IMG/VR virus record: IMGVR_UViG_3300010883_000007
Coordinates: 40,453 to 104,452 of that record
Reading direction: 5' to 3' (one strand)
Length of the DNA: 64,000 nt
DNA from: a virus
The notes below the pieces were generated by a model, which did no database searches, was not told the origin of the DNA, and was given only the letters and a program-made list of their open reading frames with translations. Positions 31,001-37,600 of the stretch are shown here, in pieces (the first letter of the stretch is position 1; every line of letters starts with the position of its first letter). Made by a program: the position numbers and the translations under genes.

Positions 31001-31462
31001 GGCATCTTCTATACATGCCTTAAGCGAGGTGGCAGCGAGTGCTGCAGTGGCCCCATGAAATGTACAGGGATCAGCGCCCAGGTCCTGGGCGGCCGCCTTA
31101 GGATAAATCTTGGTGGTACCGTCAGTGGAGATGATCGTGATTGTCTGCGTGTTGGTTGGCACTCCGGCGAAGGTCACAGTAGCAGTGGCCGCAGCTTGGG
31201 CCCAGGTGTCGAATCCGTGGTGGGGATCGAGTCCACTGTAGGACGCGTGGTGTCCATTTCCGGAGAGATCCCTAATACTTCCACTGCTCATGGGAAGGAA
31301 GGGATCAGAGTGCTTTGTGAATCTCCAGTGTGCAACCAACGAGTCGGCTGCTGTGTAGTGCAGCCGGCCCACGTGAGTGCCACCCGTCATCCCCGCAGAG
31401 ACCTGAAAGTTGGTGTCAAAGCGGGCCCCTGTGATCTTCTTACTTAACTTAACTTTAGCCAT
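22049..31462 (-). CDS. giant 3137-aa mosaic virion (baseplate/fibre) protein: interrupted LamG, two TKFT..VGD beta-barrel modules, about 10 insertion modules
   Basis: LamG motifs LVAHWRF, DLSGNGHH, FSFAVWLK, WVHVAVTYDG, KIYING, LNGEMFEPAVWSKQLS. Thr/Gly/Ala-rich repeated modules. Confidence 0.75.
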   Translation of the reverse strand: MAKVKLSKKITGARFDTNFQVSAGMTGGTHVGRLHYTAADSLVAHWRFTKHSDPFLPMSSGSIRDLSGNGHHASYSGLDPHHGFDTWAQAAATATVTFAGVPTNTQTITIISTDGTTKIYPKAAAQDLGADPCTFHGATAALAATSLKACIEDASGGHNGKITVVDNGSGVLTLTQVTLGHSGNTTVTVGLTGVTATSFTGGNSDPTSTSVPGLTFASGTRPGHDVRVSPHSGSHVESDPPVLAGRFTSSDSYISAAAHKDFHFVDTGKDPHKVVDGPFSFAVWLKTTDTTFGIFGLSPPVVAGVAGIAAGETAGHKFYYSSLGLKFELRSGPLSTQALLFYTDDVSAQIPTGDWVHVAVTYDGSSGTDLLADCWKNGVNNYSATGTSYAGSGVKIYINGDRYTKTAGQEGRYNSLIAGGTGVTPDYTTPSPTLMSAAHGAQGTITFTGVPANAGTITIISTDGTTKVYYANTTATAQDLTTDPPKFYGATLAAAATSLKACIETANGHGIKASTTVTVTDGDAASGMSALQTITITSADGTLRKYVLVDADATSVATGVVLAAGSDYGASTLAAGHTAIGGIAVAINLPAHTQNAYLVQLKAAIEHAAGHNGKIAVGSVPSQADGNQAITLTQSVAGSSGNTVVTGDATNVTVANFTGGSVKIHVHNDGAGKLTLTQAVPGPTGNKTITDNATNATAANFVGGTNQGLDFILGHLRGDGSSNSDSLNGEMFEPAVWSKQLSTEDVRALYYAGLKGVRQYKKQSGFIGLPPRVEIRDRDNQLGAYPTTSRLVTSRGFTGRYTTSFDDSDTPEFLSGYATANIKFLQSKRGMAWGRLALTGSQGLDASPAGVKEFVLVANSKYELSVRSASLAFGRIFFRSVPDNNTTITIFSTDGTGRTYTKSSSQLLTTGSTFAGATRTALATSLIACINAAAGHAGKIAASAARANVSLTQVTLDVFGDYGNTVINFTHPDGSLGSNRDVYGTIYSHKFRGGKPSQVPVLLYSSPQQTAAEFARKVNELTGTLGIYAETQNKTVNLTQMRPGTSGNTRIVMTNVTGTIEVGQRSHKWRQLDPGVVGIEGGRGDLIRDPGKESLGFSGGSFGILTGSTDGLHFPFNLPRGHTGIPFSTPNTTTTLFGPGRSHRSSYDPRRKSENPQNLEPYREVNLFAQFGHTPVMSSDRVSGSKKGDDPDLTWDSNFTVDPSLRGSFYSTGSDPTIVGPGLSAPLWDKHRLEIDLTPSTKILSTSLKYTAKNAQSGGQTDSGPMVYFNFDEKKWERVGSHKPWPEPDTHIPESQRGGLSEDRARLRNLLDTVMVGFGQSHWQLAEASSTANASAPGFKSEGKKVPIETGFAQPTNTFGFPFHPKFAATGSQVFDVSSLIDRPFLVEKIVYEFSASLKDKQTSTPSAKYGEGISFFILNQRPANIDPGIENRAVLTKLGDQHPEAGAGKETIEMPYSGTIPTVWQLSPHSSAYGSGEGYDYDTITGTAAKTVSGSMVVAGTGTKFTSELRVGDSIQLMGNLLSRPARVTRINNDAEIIVADKATQAKTVITFGTSTLTVVDGDAVSGMTKNERVYISAAGINKSYIIVDDATSAVATGDVVTSGVTDVGGGSTASQSGTAVTIDLTGTPATQNAFLVQLKAAIEHANGHNGKLLVSDVPAQANGAQLIILTPGEAHTTAVSITSSYISQLSHTNAQVPVVGETVTLTSTDNTTKVYYAANNTNFAHSKMEFACTGTSAQIALQLQKCIENDSGHYGKLLVSRAGGILRLTQLADGSSGNRQVTNGLTAASVHGTDFYSNRLFNTFADGRDAGGIGDNTAQTIRKIIPVKYDEVGTVRDLVTFSTIGTFTTDKNVNDPTVFEKYVEDLRSFCDLVVDTASPWAHQRLTLAAPVRAPALAPGSSAWDLGGNYIEIPGLNDTTPDTDNDSLLIRFINGSRNGLGIPTGRAIRGGEFSGFERAYSVDAYQDTFRLEAPKTDRVTSPYMLMPGDKLVFGFQSPLNYAGDLAAPAFELHPGAGKLVLYGSVLRGDQEITPSSNQPLTSEAIHETLLLGTDVYDQYDTEPSFAYSGSYLENVIAGHMMTGSLPTSGSESYLLENKGVHRKVIGRVSEGTAGVTGSFLRGLKLVDHRERYYDTLLPSIAGILDINNDSLFDGRSLKVEAIVDSKFFDDAGTEISFGLSLTPNAGMLDPKANVLVISEPRSSIDGPNKIFDRDLPFSFPFEPKYSKVKRLAAERKGNKTFNVVTGSTGKVIRAGAISHIAISGSKTFLSSLGLQSYLLRTKDIDMTDVDGQRGAPVASLGDGRSRPIYSELSSSVTESVSHAGLALIGPRGGDLTFNEIDGITMLNSLYYGFGDGFFGMPAFKTFQHKNAEPIHVKGHTSTNQSDTIIGINTKFTKEIKVGDRIALSGSNPPEGGTGTHGPRSSAAIQFGGVGPITGDTIAIIDTAATVKYYRAGTAENLSPAGTGSTTVASCDVTVTNAAAASGMSELQAITLVSTDGTSKRYVLVDDAATSVATGDVLAAGSDYGSNKLVSGYGNDDLAIGGVAVAINLTGGGLSTQGDYLTQLKTAIDHENGHNPKITCSISGNTMTLAQATVGTGGSGFIPPDDVTNLTATIWSDNSAPLVFNNASGLATAVASLKTCIDSANGHGVSNIYAIAGTDTLALYQQVAGASGSMNTAITVDANAQNITASNFTHSQYGELGSSTFAIVTAISSDTQMTISSDHPNSSRAAGSLGCADGDLNSFTSANELQTVTITSSAGVTKKYVLIGIGPSGKGNSIVTGDVLAVGDFGDGFTLSEGDAAVGGIAIRTDLGAMDQGDYLTLLKTAINHTNGHNANTADSVIAVGTAPSANGEGSMSLTQKVGGSQSNTTITSTVTNITATSFTGGGLLGDGTEWQRILVDRNATIPVSGSFVRSGVSTVTTVQITWGYPHSSDSKFVYYIDQYLAQRDGGTHNGKSYIAPPVGSYTWNTANNNYRYWYSEREKTKEPVGYTTVQTAVNRDISTHVTGGMHIGVGSEVILRGFKYGVANIRPMYSSAVYRHNKFGQVRDLLEARRFTRFFTEDGVESGPVSVTFTSRPDDEGARAVNVDPESTHSQNLDVFCTSSLPYFDGLTRDRSTNPDDASGTSVMLTFE
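22793..23269 (-). repeat. insertion-module copy (long, type B)
   Basis: RAAGSLGCADGD...TITSSAGVTKKYVL...QGDYLTLLKTAINHTNGHN...SLTQ...SNTTI...SFTGG. Confidence 0.75.
23366..24193 (-). repeat. type A module with nested type B module (inner 23597-24052)
   Basis: Outer RSSAAIQF...KYYRAGTAENLS | inner VASCDVTV...GHNPKI...IWSDN | outer PLVF...SLKTCIDSANGH...NFT. Confidence 0.75.
26036..26833 (-). repeat. type A module with nested type B module (inner 26381-26794)
   Basis: Outer ATQAKTVITFG | inner TLTVVDGDAVSGM...QNAFLVQLKAAIEHANGHNGKL | outer VPVVGETVTLTSTDNTTKVYY...CIENDSGHYGKL...LRLTQ...GN...FADG. Confidence 0.75.
28163..29014 (-). repeat. divergent module with nested type A module (inner 28481-28858)
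   Basis: Outer YATANIKF...KEFVL | inner AFGRIFF..VP..TITIFSTDGT...SLIACINAAAGHAGKI...FRGG | outer ...AAEFARKVN...VNLTQMRPGTSGNT...FSGG. Confidence 0.7.
29351..30142 (-). repeat. type A module with nested type B module (inner 29483-29932)
   Basis: Outer AQGTITF...SLKACIETANGHG | inner IKASTTVTVTDGD...NFTGG | outer SVKIHV..KLTLTQ..GN..NFVGG. Confidence 0.85.
30857..31193 (-). repeat. insertion-module copy (type A, uninterrupted reference copy)
   Basis: AATATVTFAGVP..TITIISTDGTTKIY...SLKACIED..GHNGKITV..VLTLTQ..GNTTV..SFTGG. Confidence 0.85.
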
Positions 31463-31465
31463 ATT

Positions 31466-34400
31466 CTACTTCTTGAGACCCCCGAATGCTATGGAGTCTG
31501 TGCCCTTATCCATACCAATATACACAAAACCTGCTCCGGCGGAAACATGGTTTCTCTTGAGACGGTCTTGAGCTGAGCCCGTCATGGCTGCCAGAGCAGT
31601 CGTCATTATGCCGTCTGCCAGACCTCCGGACTCACCTCCTGTGAAGGATGTTGCGACAGCATTTGTTAGGTTATCAGTCACAGTGGTGTTTCCTTCAGGA
31701 CCGCCGTCTGCCTGTGTTAGGGTTAACAGAGAGGTTCCGGATGGGTTAACCACAGTTATCTTTCCGTTGTGCCCAAGGGCTGTTTCGATGCACGCCTTGA
31801 GGGATACAGCAGCGGCGATCGGAGTGGCTCCGTAAAACTTGGGTGGATCCGTCGTGAGGTCCTCTGTCGCAGCACTGGTATTTGCGTAATACGCTTTTGA
31901 TGTTCCACTCCTTGAGATGATTGTGACAGTTCCACCATTGGCCGGAATCCGCATATCAACACTAAAATTGGCCACGGTTGAGGTTATAACAGTAGTCCAG
32001 CTGTCTCCGCTGGCCTGGGTTAACGAAAGGACCTGAGCTCCATTCGCCTGGGTTGGGACTGCTCCAACTGTTAGCCTACTACCGTGTCCCTTGGGATGTT
32101 CAATGGCCGCCTTGAGCTGAACCAGGAACTCATTCTGTGTGTCCAGGGAAGATCCGGTCGCCTTAATTGCGACAGCGATATCCCCATCATCCGCTGTTGT
32201 TGCAGAGCCCGTGTCTGACCCATCCTCCAACACAGCTCCCGTAGTAACGGTTGAGAGCTCCTCATCGACGATCCTGTAGACTCTCGTCCTGGGGGTCGTC
32301 GTACCCTTTATCGAGACAATTGTCACCTTCTGCCCCTCAGCCATGCCCGAGGCCGCATCGCCGTCGGCGACCGACACGTTCGCTAGTGCGTCATCACCCA
32401 AGACGGCAGACGGAAACTGGACTGTCGCTGTGGCCTTGATGTCTGTCCGCGTCTGCTCGTCCGTGATGCCCGCTATTCTTATGTACGCGTCCGATCCCTC
32501 TTTAAAGGGCTCGAGCTGATTAGTCCTGGGCGCAAACAGGCCCTGCATTGTGACTGGACCTGTTGATGTTGCGCCGGGGGGGAGTCTTGCTTCGAAGGTC
32601 TCGTCATCCTCCTGGGAATTAAAGGCCTGAAAGGTCGGCTCTAGAAGATCAAGCCCAAAGGTCTCAACTCCGTCGAAGTACATATCCATACCCGTCTCAT
32701 TGGGATCGTACTGCTGATCCATAAGGGTCGACTGCCTGAATATATCCTCTGTACACATATCAGCACGGATGCCGCGCGCGGTGTAGGGCAGCTCAATTGA
32801 GGATCGATCTGCGAGGCCTCTGATTGGAAATACCTCCATCACACCATCCATTAGGCTACGAGCTGATGCATCAACCATCATCTCCGGAACGACCAAGCTG
32901 AGTGGTGGTGTTCGAACAATATCAGCAGCGTTGGTAGTCATTAGGTCGTTGTACTCACTGCCGTCTTGGTAAACGTACAGCGCCTGCCCGAGGTCACGCT
33001 GGTCCCTGGCGTGATTGATTGCCACACCCAGGCCGGAACTTCTGGTGGATGTGTCAAGCTGTGGGAGGGATTTCACACCCCATGCAGGCTCGCGAATGGG
33101 AGAGTTGACCTCTAGAGATATATCAGTTAATGCCCATAGATCGTTCGACCCAGAAGCATGGTTAACTTGTACCCACTTTACACTCCATGGGCCGGGGCCA
33201 TACGGACTTAGTGACTCTGTAACTGATAAAACTGTTCCTGCTGCTAGCCCGTAGTCGCCTCCGCCGATAAAAGATACTACTGAACCACTCGCTAGGGTCT
33301 CAATTATTGTGGTGTTACCTGCGGGCCCGGTTGATGCCTGTGTAAGTGTTAACACACCTGAACTGTTATCAGCCATAGTCACCTTTCCATTGTGCCCAGT
33401 GGCTGCTGCAATACAGGCTGCGAGAGAAGTGGCGGATGCGGCGGCGGTACCGATGGTGGGGACTGGGGGGATTGCTAACAAGTCCTGTGCTGCACCAAAC
33501 GTATACACTCTAGAAGTTTCATCTGTTGAAACAATTGTTACCGCTTCGCCCGTTATAGTTGATCCGGTAAATGTCACAATTGCTGTCGCAGATGTATCTG
33601 CAGTCGCATGAGTCCTTACTGTATTCCAGGATCCGCCCTGACCAGAGAGGTCACCCCTTATCTGAAAGTGTAAATCCTGATCAGCACCGGGAACTCCGCC
33701 AGCAGAGGTCATTCCGGAAATAGCGCCCTCGGGCCCTGAAGACGTGTCGCCTCGAATCACACGATACTTTACAGTTACTTTATCCTGTAAGCTATTTGCC
33801 CTCACACCCCCCAAGCTTCCCGTGACACTCAAAAATCTATCGCCTGTGTCTGATCCCCCTACAAACCCTGAAGATGTCACATTAGTGAGTGAATTCACAA
33901 TTGTCGTATTTCCAGAAGTTCCAACAGCAGCTTGGGTTAGCTCAATCTCAACAGACTCATAATTTACTGTAATGCTGCCATTGTGACCGTTAGCGTGAGC
34001 TATACAATCTGATAAAGATTCTGCTGCACCTTCTTCATCGGTGTTTAAGAACTTTGGTGGATCTGATGTAAGATCTTCGGAGGCGGCGGCGACATATGCT
34101 TTTACCAGGCCTGCGTGGTCAGTTATCTCTATTGTCTCTCCAACTACGGTTGCGCCATCGAAAACAATAATTGCTGTGGCTGCCTTGAGAGGCTGTCCTC
34201 TCATAACCCACCACTTGTTGCCTGTTGTAGTAGCTGTGAGTACTGCCGGTGCGGTACCGGGATGCGTGCTTCCATTCGCCTCAAAAATATCAACGTTTAG
34301 GGTACCAATTGCAGCATCAAACGATCCCGCGGATGTACCGGATGCCGATCGGCTTGAGGACACAGCCATATTGCTCGGCGCGTCTAGATCATTATAGAAT

Positions 34401-34621
34401 CTATACGTCTCCATTCGCTGGCCATCGACAATCTTAACAGGGTCATTGATAGGCTGGGGCTTAAGCCCTATAAATCCGTACAGGTGATCCATTGTTCGGC
34501 AGTTGATTCCCTGCCGATACTGGTCTATTGCTGTGGTTCCGGACAGGGAGGGCGGGTATACCAGGATTGCTTGGCTTCCCTTGGAGTGGGAACCTGACAG
34601 GACTCTCTGTGTTGACGCCAT
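31466..34621 (-). CDS. 1051-aa mosaic virion protein: interrupted reelin-like jelly-roll domain plus four insertion modules
   Basis: GGAGG SD. DLHFQ..GGSWNTV...VKWVQ..SNDLWALTDISL (reelin-subrepeat-like); modules shared with 22049-31462. Confidence 0.7.
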   Translation of the reverse strand: MASTQRVLSGSHSKGSQAILVYPPSLSGTTAIDQYRQGINCRTMDHLYGFIGLKPQPINDPVKIVDGQRMETYRFYNDLDAPSNMAVSSSRSASGTSAGSFDAAIGTLNVDIFEANGSTHPGTAPAVLTATTTGNKWWVMRGQPLKAATAIIVFDGATVVGETIEITDHAGLVKAYVAAASEDLTSDPPKFLNTDEEGAAESLSDCIAHANGHNGSITVNYESVEIELTQAAVGTSGNTTIVNSLTNVTSSGFVGGSDTGDRFLSVTGSLGGVRANSLQDKVTVKYRVIRGDTSSGPEGAISGMTSAGGVPGADQDLHFQIRGDLSGQGGSWNTVRTHATADTSATAIVTFTGSTITGEAVTIVSTDETSRVYTFGAAQDLLAIPPVPTIGTAAASATSLAACIAAATGHNGKVTMADNSSGVLTLTQASTGPAGNTTIIETLASGSVVSFIGGGDYGLAAGTVLSVTESLSPYGPGPWSVKWVQVNHASGSNDLWALTDISLEVNSPIREPAWGVKSLPQLDTSTRSSGLGVAINHARDQRDLGQALYVYQDGSEYNDLMTTNAADIVRTPPLSLVVPEMMVDASARSLMDGVMEVFPIRGLADRSSIELPYTARGIRADMCTEDIFRQSTLMDQQYDPNETGMDMYFDGVETFGLDLLEPTFQAFNSQEDDETFEARLPPGATSTGPVTMQGLFAPRTNQLEPFKEGSDAYIRIAGITDEQTRTDIKATATVQFPSAVLGDDALANVSVADGDAASGMAEGQKVTIVSIKGTTTPRTRVYRIVDEELSTVTTGAVLEDGSDTGSATTADDGDIAVAIKATGSSLDTQNEFLVQLKAAIEHPKGHGSRLTVGAVPTQANGAQVLSLTQASGDSWTTVITSTVANFSVDMRIPANGGTVTIISRSGTSKAYYANTSAATEDLTTDPPKFYGATPIAAAVSLKACIETALGHNGKITVVNPSGTSLLTLTQADGGPEGNTTVTDNLTNAVATSFTGGESGGLADGIMTTALAAMTGSAQDRLKRNHVSAGAGFVYIGMDKGTDSIAFGGLKK
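31634..32437 (-). repeat. type A module with nested type B module (inner 31955-32389)
   Basis: Outer KATATVQFP | inner ALANVSVADGDAASGM...QNEFLVQLKAAIEHPKGH...NFSVD | outer IPANGGTVTIIS...SLKACIETALGHNGKI...SFTGG. Confidence 0.85.
33260..33592 (-). repeat. insertion-module copy (type A)
   Basis: SATAIVTF...SLAACIAAATGHNGKV...LTLTQ..GNTTI..SFIGG. Confidence 0.85.
33854..34186 (-). repeat. insertion-module copy (type A)
   Basis: KAATAIIVF...DLTSDPPKF...SLSDCIAHANGHNGSI...LTQ..GNTTI..GFVGG. Confidence 0.85.
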
Positions 34622-37600
34622 CTAGAACCTCCGGAGGTGGGCTATAAACTGCTGCATCAGTATTTGCCCCTTGAGGCCGTGCCTGTCATTGGGACCGAGA
34701 TACATGTCGTGGTAGGCATGGTGATACTTGGCACGCTCGAACATGTGTGACTCAACGACAAAGTTGACACCCAGGAACTTCGTCTTTCGTGGCACCAACC
34801 TCTCAATCATCATTCCCATCGAGCTATCGAACCACTTGAAAAACTCAAAGAATTTCTTGTAATTGACTTTGTCAGTCAGGCGGTTAAAATATATATCCCT
34901 GAGATCAACTAAGTCCGGGTAGTCGGGCGAAAAAACCAATTCTGGGGCTCCCAAGATATTATCCAGAAGATCCAGCGTCGAGAATAGGGAAACCATATCC
35001 TCATTCAATGCCTGAATACCTGACACTTCAATTGAAAATCTCGTGTCATCCACCGGGTTCTCGTTGGGTGGGATAGCATAAATTGGTGCGAACGAGGTCC
35101 CGAACTTCTTCACGTTACTCTTATGCTTATGACTCCTGACTCGAACTTTGTTTCCGGTGCGGGCCTGATCAAAGTTAGGAGACAGCATCGAGTATCTAAA
35201 CTTCTCCGGGTGTATCATCTGCTTCAATGGCTCAAAGCCGGATCCCGTCAGGTGAAAATTTCCCTGTGAGAAATCAAATATTGAGAGCTCCCCGTCGGCA
35301 TTGGACTTTGTGACAGACTGGTCAGTGGAAGCATCAATTCTGAGCCTTCCGAAGGATCCTGATCTGCTCGTCTTAAAATTGAAGTTGATGTGTGGATCGT
35401 CGCTTCCCAGGGACTTGAAATTGTAGATGTGCTCCTGTGTCTCGCGATCAGTCATCTCCTTTGACCAGAACCTAATATGTCCAACTCTCCCTGCGAAGAA
35501 GGTATGTCTGAACATGCTGTCGTAGGTCGTCCTGTTGAGGAGATTAGAATTAACAGACATGGATATACTCTGGGAGCCTATTACGAAAAATGATCCGGAG
35601 ATATTGTGAGTTGTCGACACGTTCTCCAGGAGATTATAGGTCGTGCTTTCACCATGATCGTTGAAATACTTGGCATTGCTCTCATACGCAGTAAGTCGTC
35701 CCTCATTGATCTTTCCGGCGTGGAGATAGTACGATGAAGACGTGATAGACCCAGTGAGATCATTTCGAGCTCGACCCATGGTGATGTGCCATTTATCTCC
35801 ATCAAAGATATCAACACCGGTTAGGGGAAGCACCATGGGAATTACTCCCGATATTGTCGGCTTGGCAATGAGAGATAGGGATCCTGTCTGCTGGTCTTCC
35901 AAAGACCCAGAGAAAGCCAAGAGATTCATTATGAGTCCACCGGTACCGGAGGCGTCGCCGGCAGTTGTGGTGCCGGTCACGCAGAATCTGGCCAGACTCT
36001 GGGTTAACGGATAACCTGATCGACCCATACTGCCCCTTCGGCCTGGAAACTGGTAGATTGCCTCGTAGGTCCACGATCCTGATGTCAGCAGTCCATCGTT
36101 GGGGCTGTTAGAGATGCCGTGAGGGCTGTAATCATAATTCCGCTCGACGGACTTGTCAAGTGTCTGGTAGTTAGTCAGGTGCTGCACCATGGTTCCCACG
36201 ACATTCGGAATACCAGGCTCAATTCTGGACGCTGAGAGGTGTGGTGATGTTATGAAGGGCTTGTTGAGATCATTTCCTTGTGCTGTTAGGTTCTGACTCA
36301 CATTTGCAAAGGTTCCGGAGAAGTCCAGCATTGTACTCACCTCCGACGTAATATCCCTCACGTCCGAGATCCTTCTCGTCTTTGCACCACCAAACTCTCT
36401 AAACCTGAAAGACTTGTCCGGATTGATACCCATATCCCTCATCAGGGTCTTGATGCTGTGTATTGTCCCCTTGGATCGGACAATCTCTCCCATGTCGGCC
36501 AGAATTCTCCTCCAGATCTGATTCTGGACGTACTGCAGTGGACGATTGCTTATGATACTGTCAACTGTCATATCTACACCGTCGGAGAATTGGGACAGAG
36601 AGGCATCAGACGCCATGTCAGGCAGAACGAATCCATGAGCACTTCCCAAAGATAACAAGAATTGATCAGCAATCGAGCCCTCAGGAACCTGATCAACAAA
36701 AGTAAGCTTGCCAAACTGGTCCAAGTGCATTTTTATCTCATCAAAGAACTTGGCCCAGACAAAGAGGAAAGCACTAATAATCTGGGGGGATCCTAGCTTT
36801 CCCCCACCGGGCATATCCTTGCTCGATCCATAATCTTCACCCCATTCGCCTGTCTCCTTCTCGAAACCCTCAAAGTGAGAGGCCTCCAGCAGATAGTGCT
36901 TGGGAATAAGCTTCGTGATCATATTGGGATTGTTGGAATCGTACACAGAGGCAGACGAGAGGAGGCGCTGATTGAGCGTTATGAGATCTGGATACGTTGG
37001 AAACAGAACAGGGCAGTCCTCATCTGACTCCCTGGCAACCGGTATGCTTAAGCCCCGAAGTATCCTTAGATCTGTGATATAGTTCACAACTGTTGAGTGA
37101 AGTGCGTTTCCTGAGCTATCTAACACCAAATCATTAGAGGAGTATGAACCGGTTGGCTCATTGAATTTGAAGTACAGACGAAGATCCTTGCGTGGATAGA
37201 TCGTCTTGTTGCCTTCCTTCTTCTGCATTCCCACGCTTCTGGGTTCGTGGAATACTCGAAACTCATCAAGAGAACCAGATAGAGTCTGCTGGAACTCTAG
37301 AGCCACATCGCCCTCGGATTCCCATAACCCGGCATCGTGCTTGGTTCCGCTCCCAATCAGGAGGGGAGAGGTAGTTATACCAAAGTCTCCCATCTCGACC
37401 CTCGAGGATGTGGTAATAAGAGCAAAATCCCGATAGAGCTGCATCCTGTGTATATTGGGTGTTCGATTCAGTGTGGCACACACGTGATGAAACTTACCCT
37501 TCTCTAGCTGCATGGAAGCACTCATATATCTGGATCCAGACGAGGCCAGGAACACAACAGACGATGATGGAACTGTTGATGTCGATGAGGAGAGGAATAG

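Noticed and set aside
22049-31462. 3137-aa protein as tail sheath or tape measure
   Set aside because: It has sheath-like insertion modules but no recognisable sheath C-terminal core, and it is beta/Gly-Thr-rich rather than helical.
29945-31858. Diversity-generating retroelement template/variable repeat pair
   Set aside because: Both copies are internal coding sequence, differences are not confined to adenines, and no reverse transcriptase is in the window.
5987-34186. Insertion modules as inteins or introns
   Set aside because: No N-terminal Cys/Ser plus C-terminal His-Asn splice motifs, no homing endonuclease, and reading frames are continuous; they look like folded structural domains.
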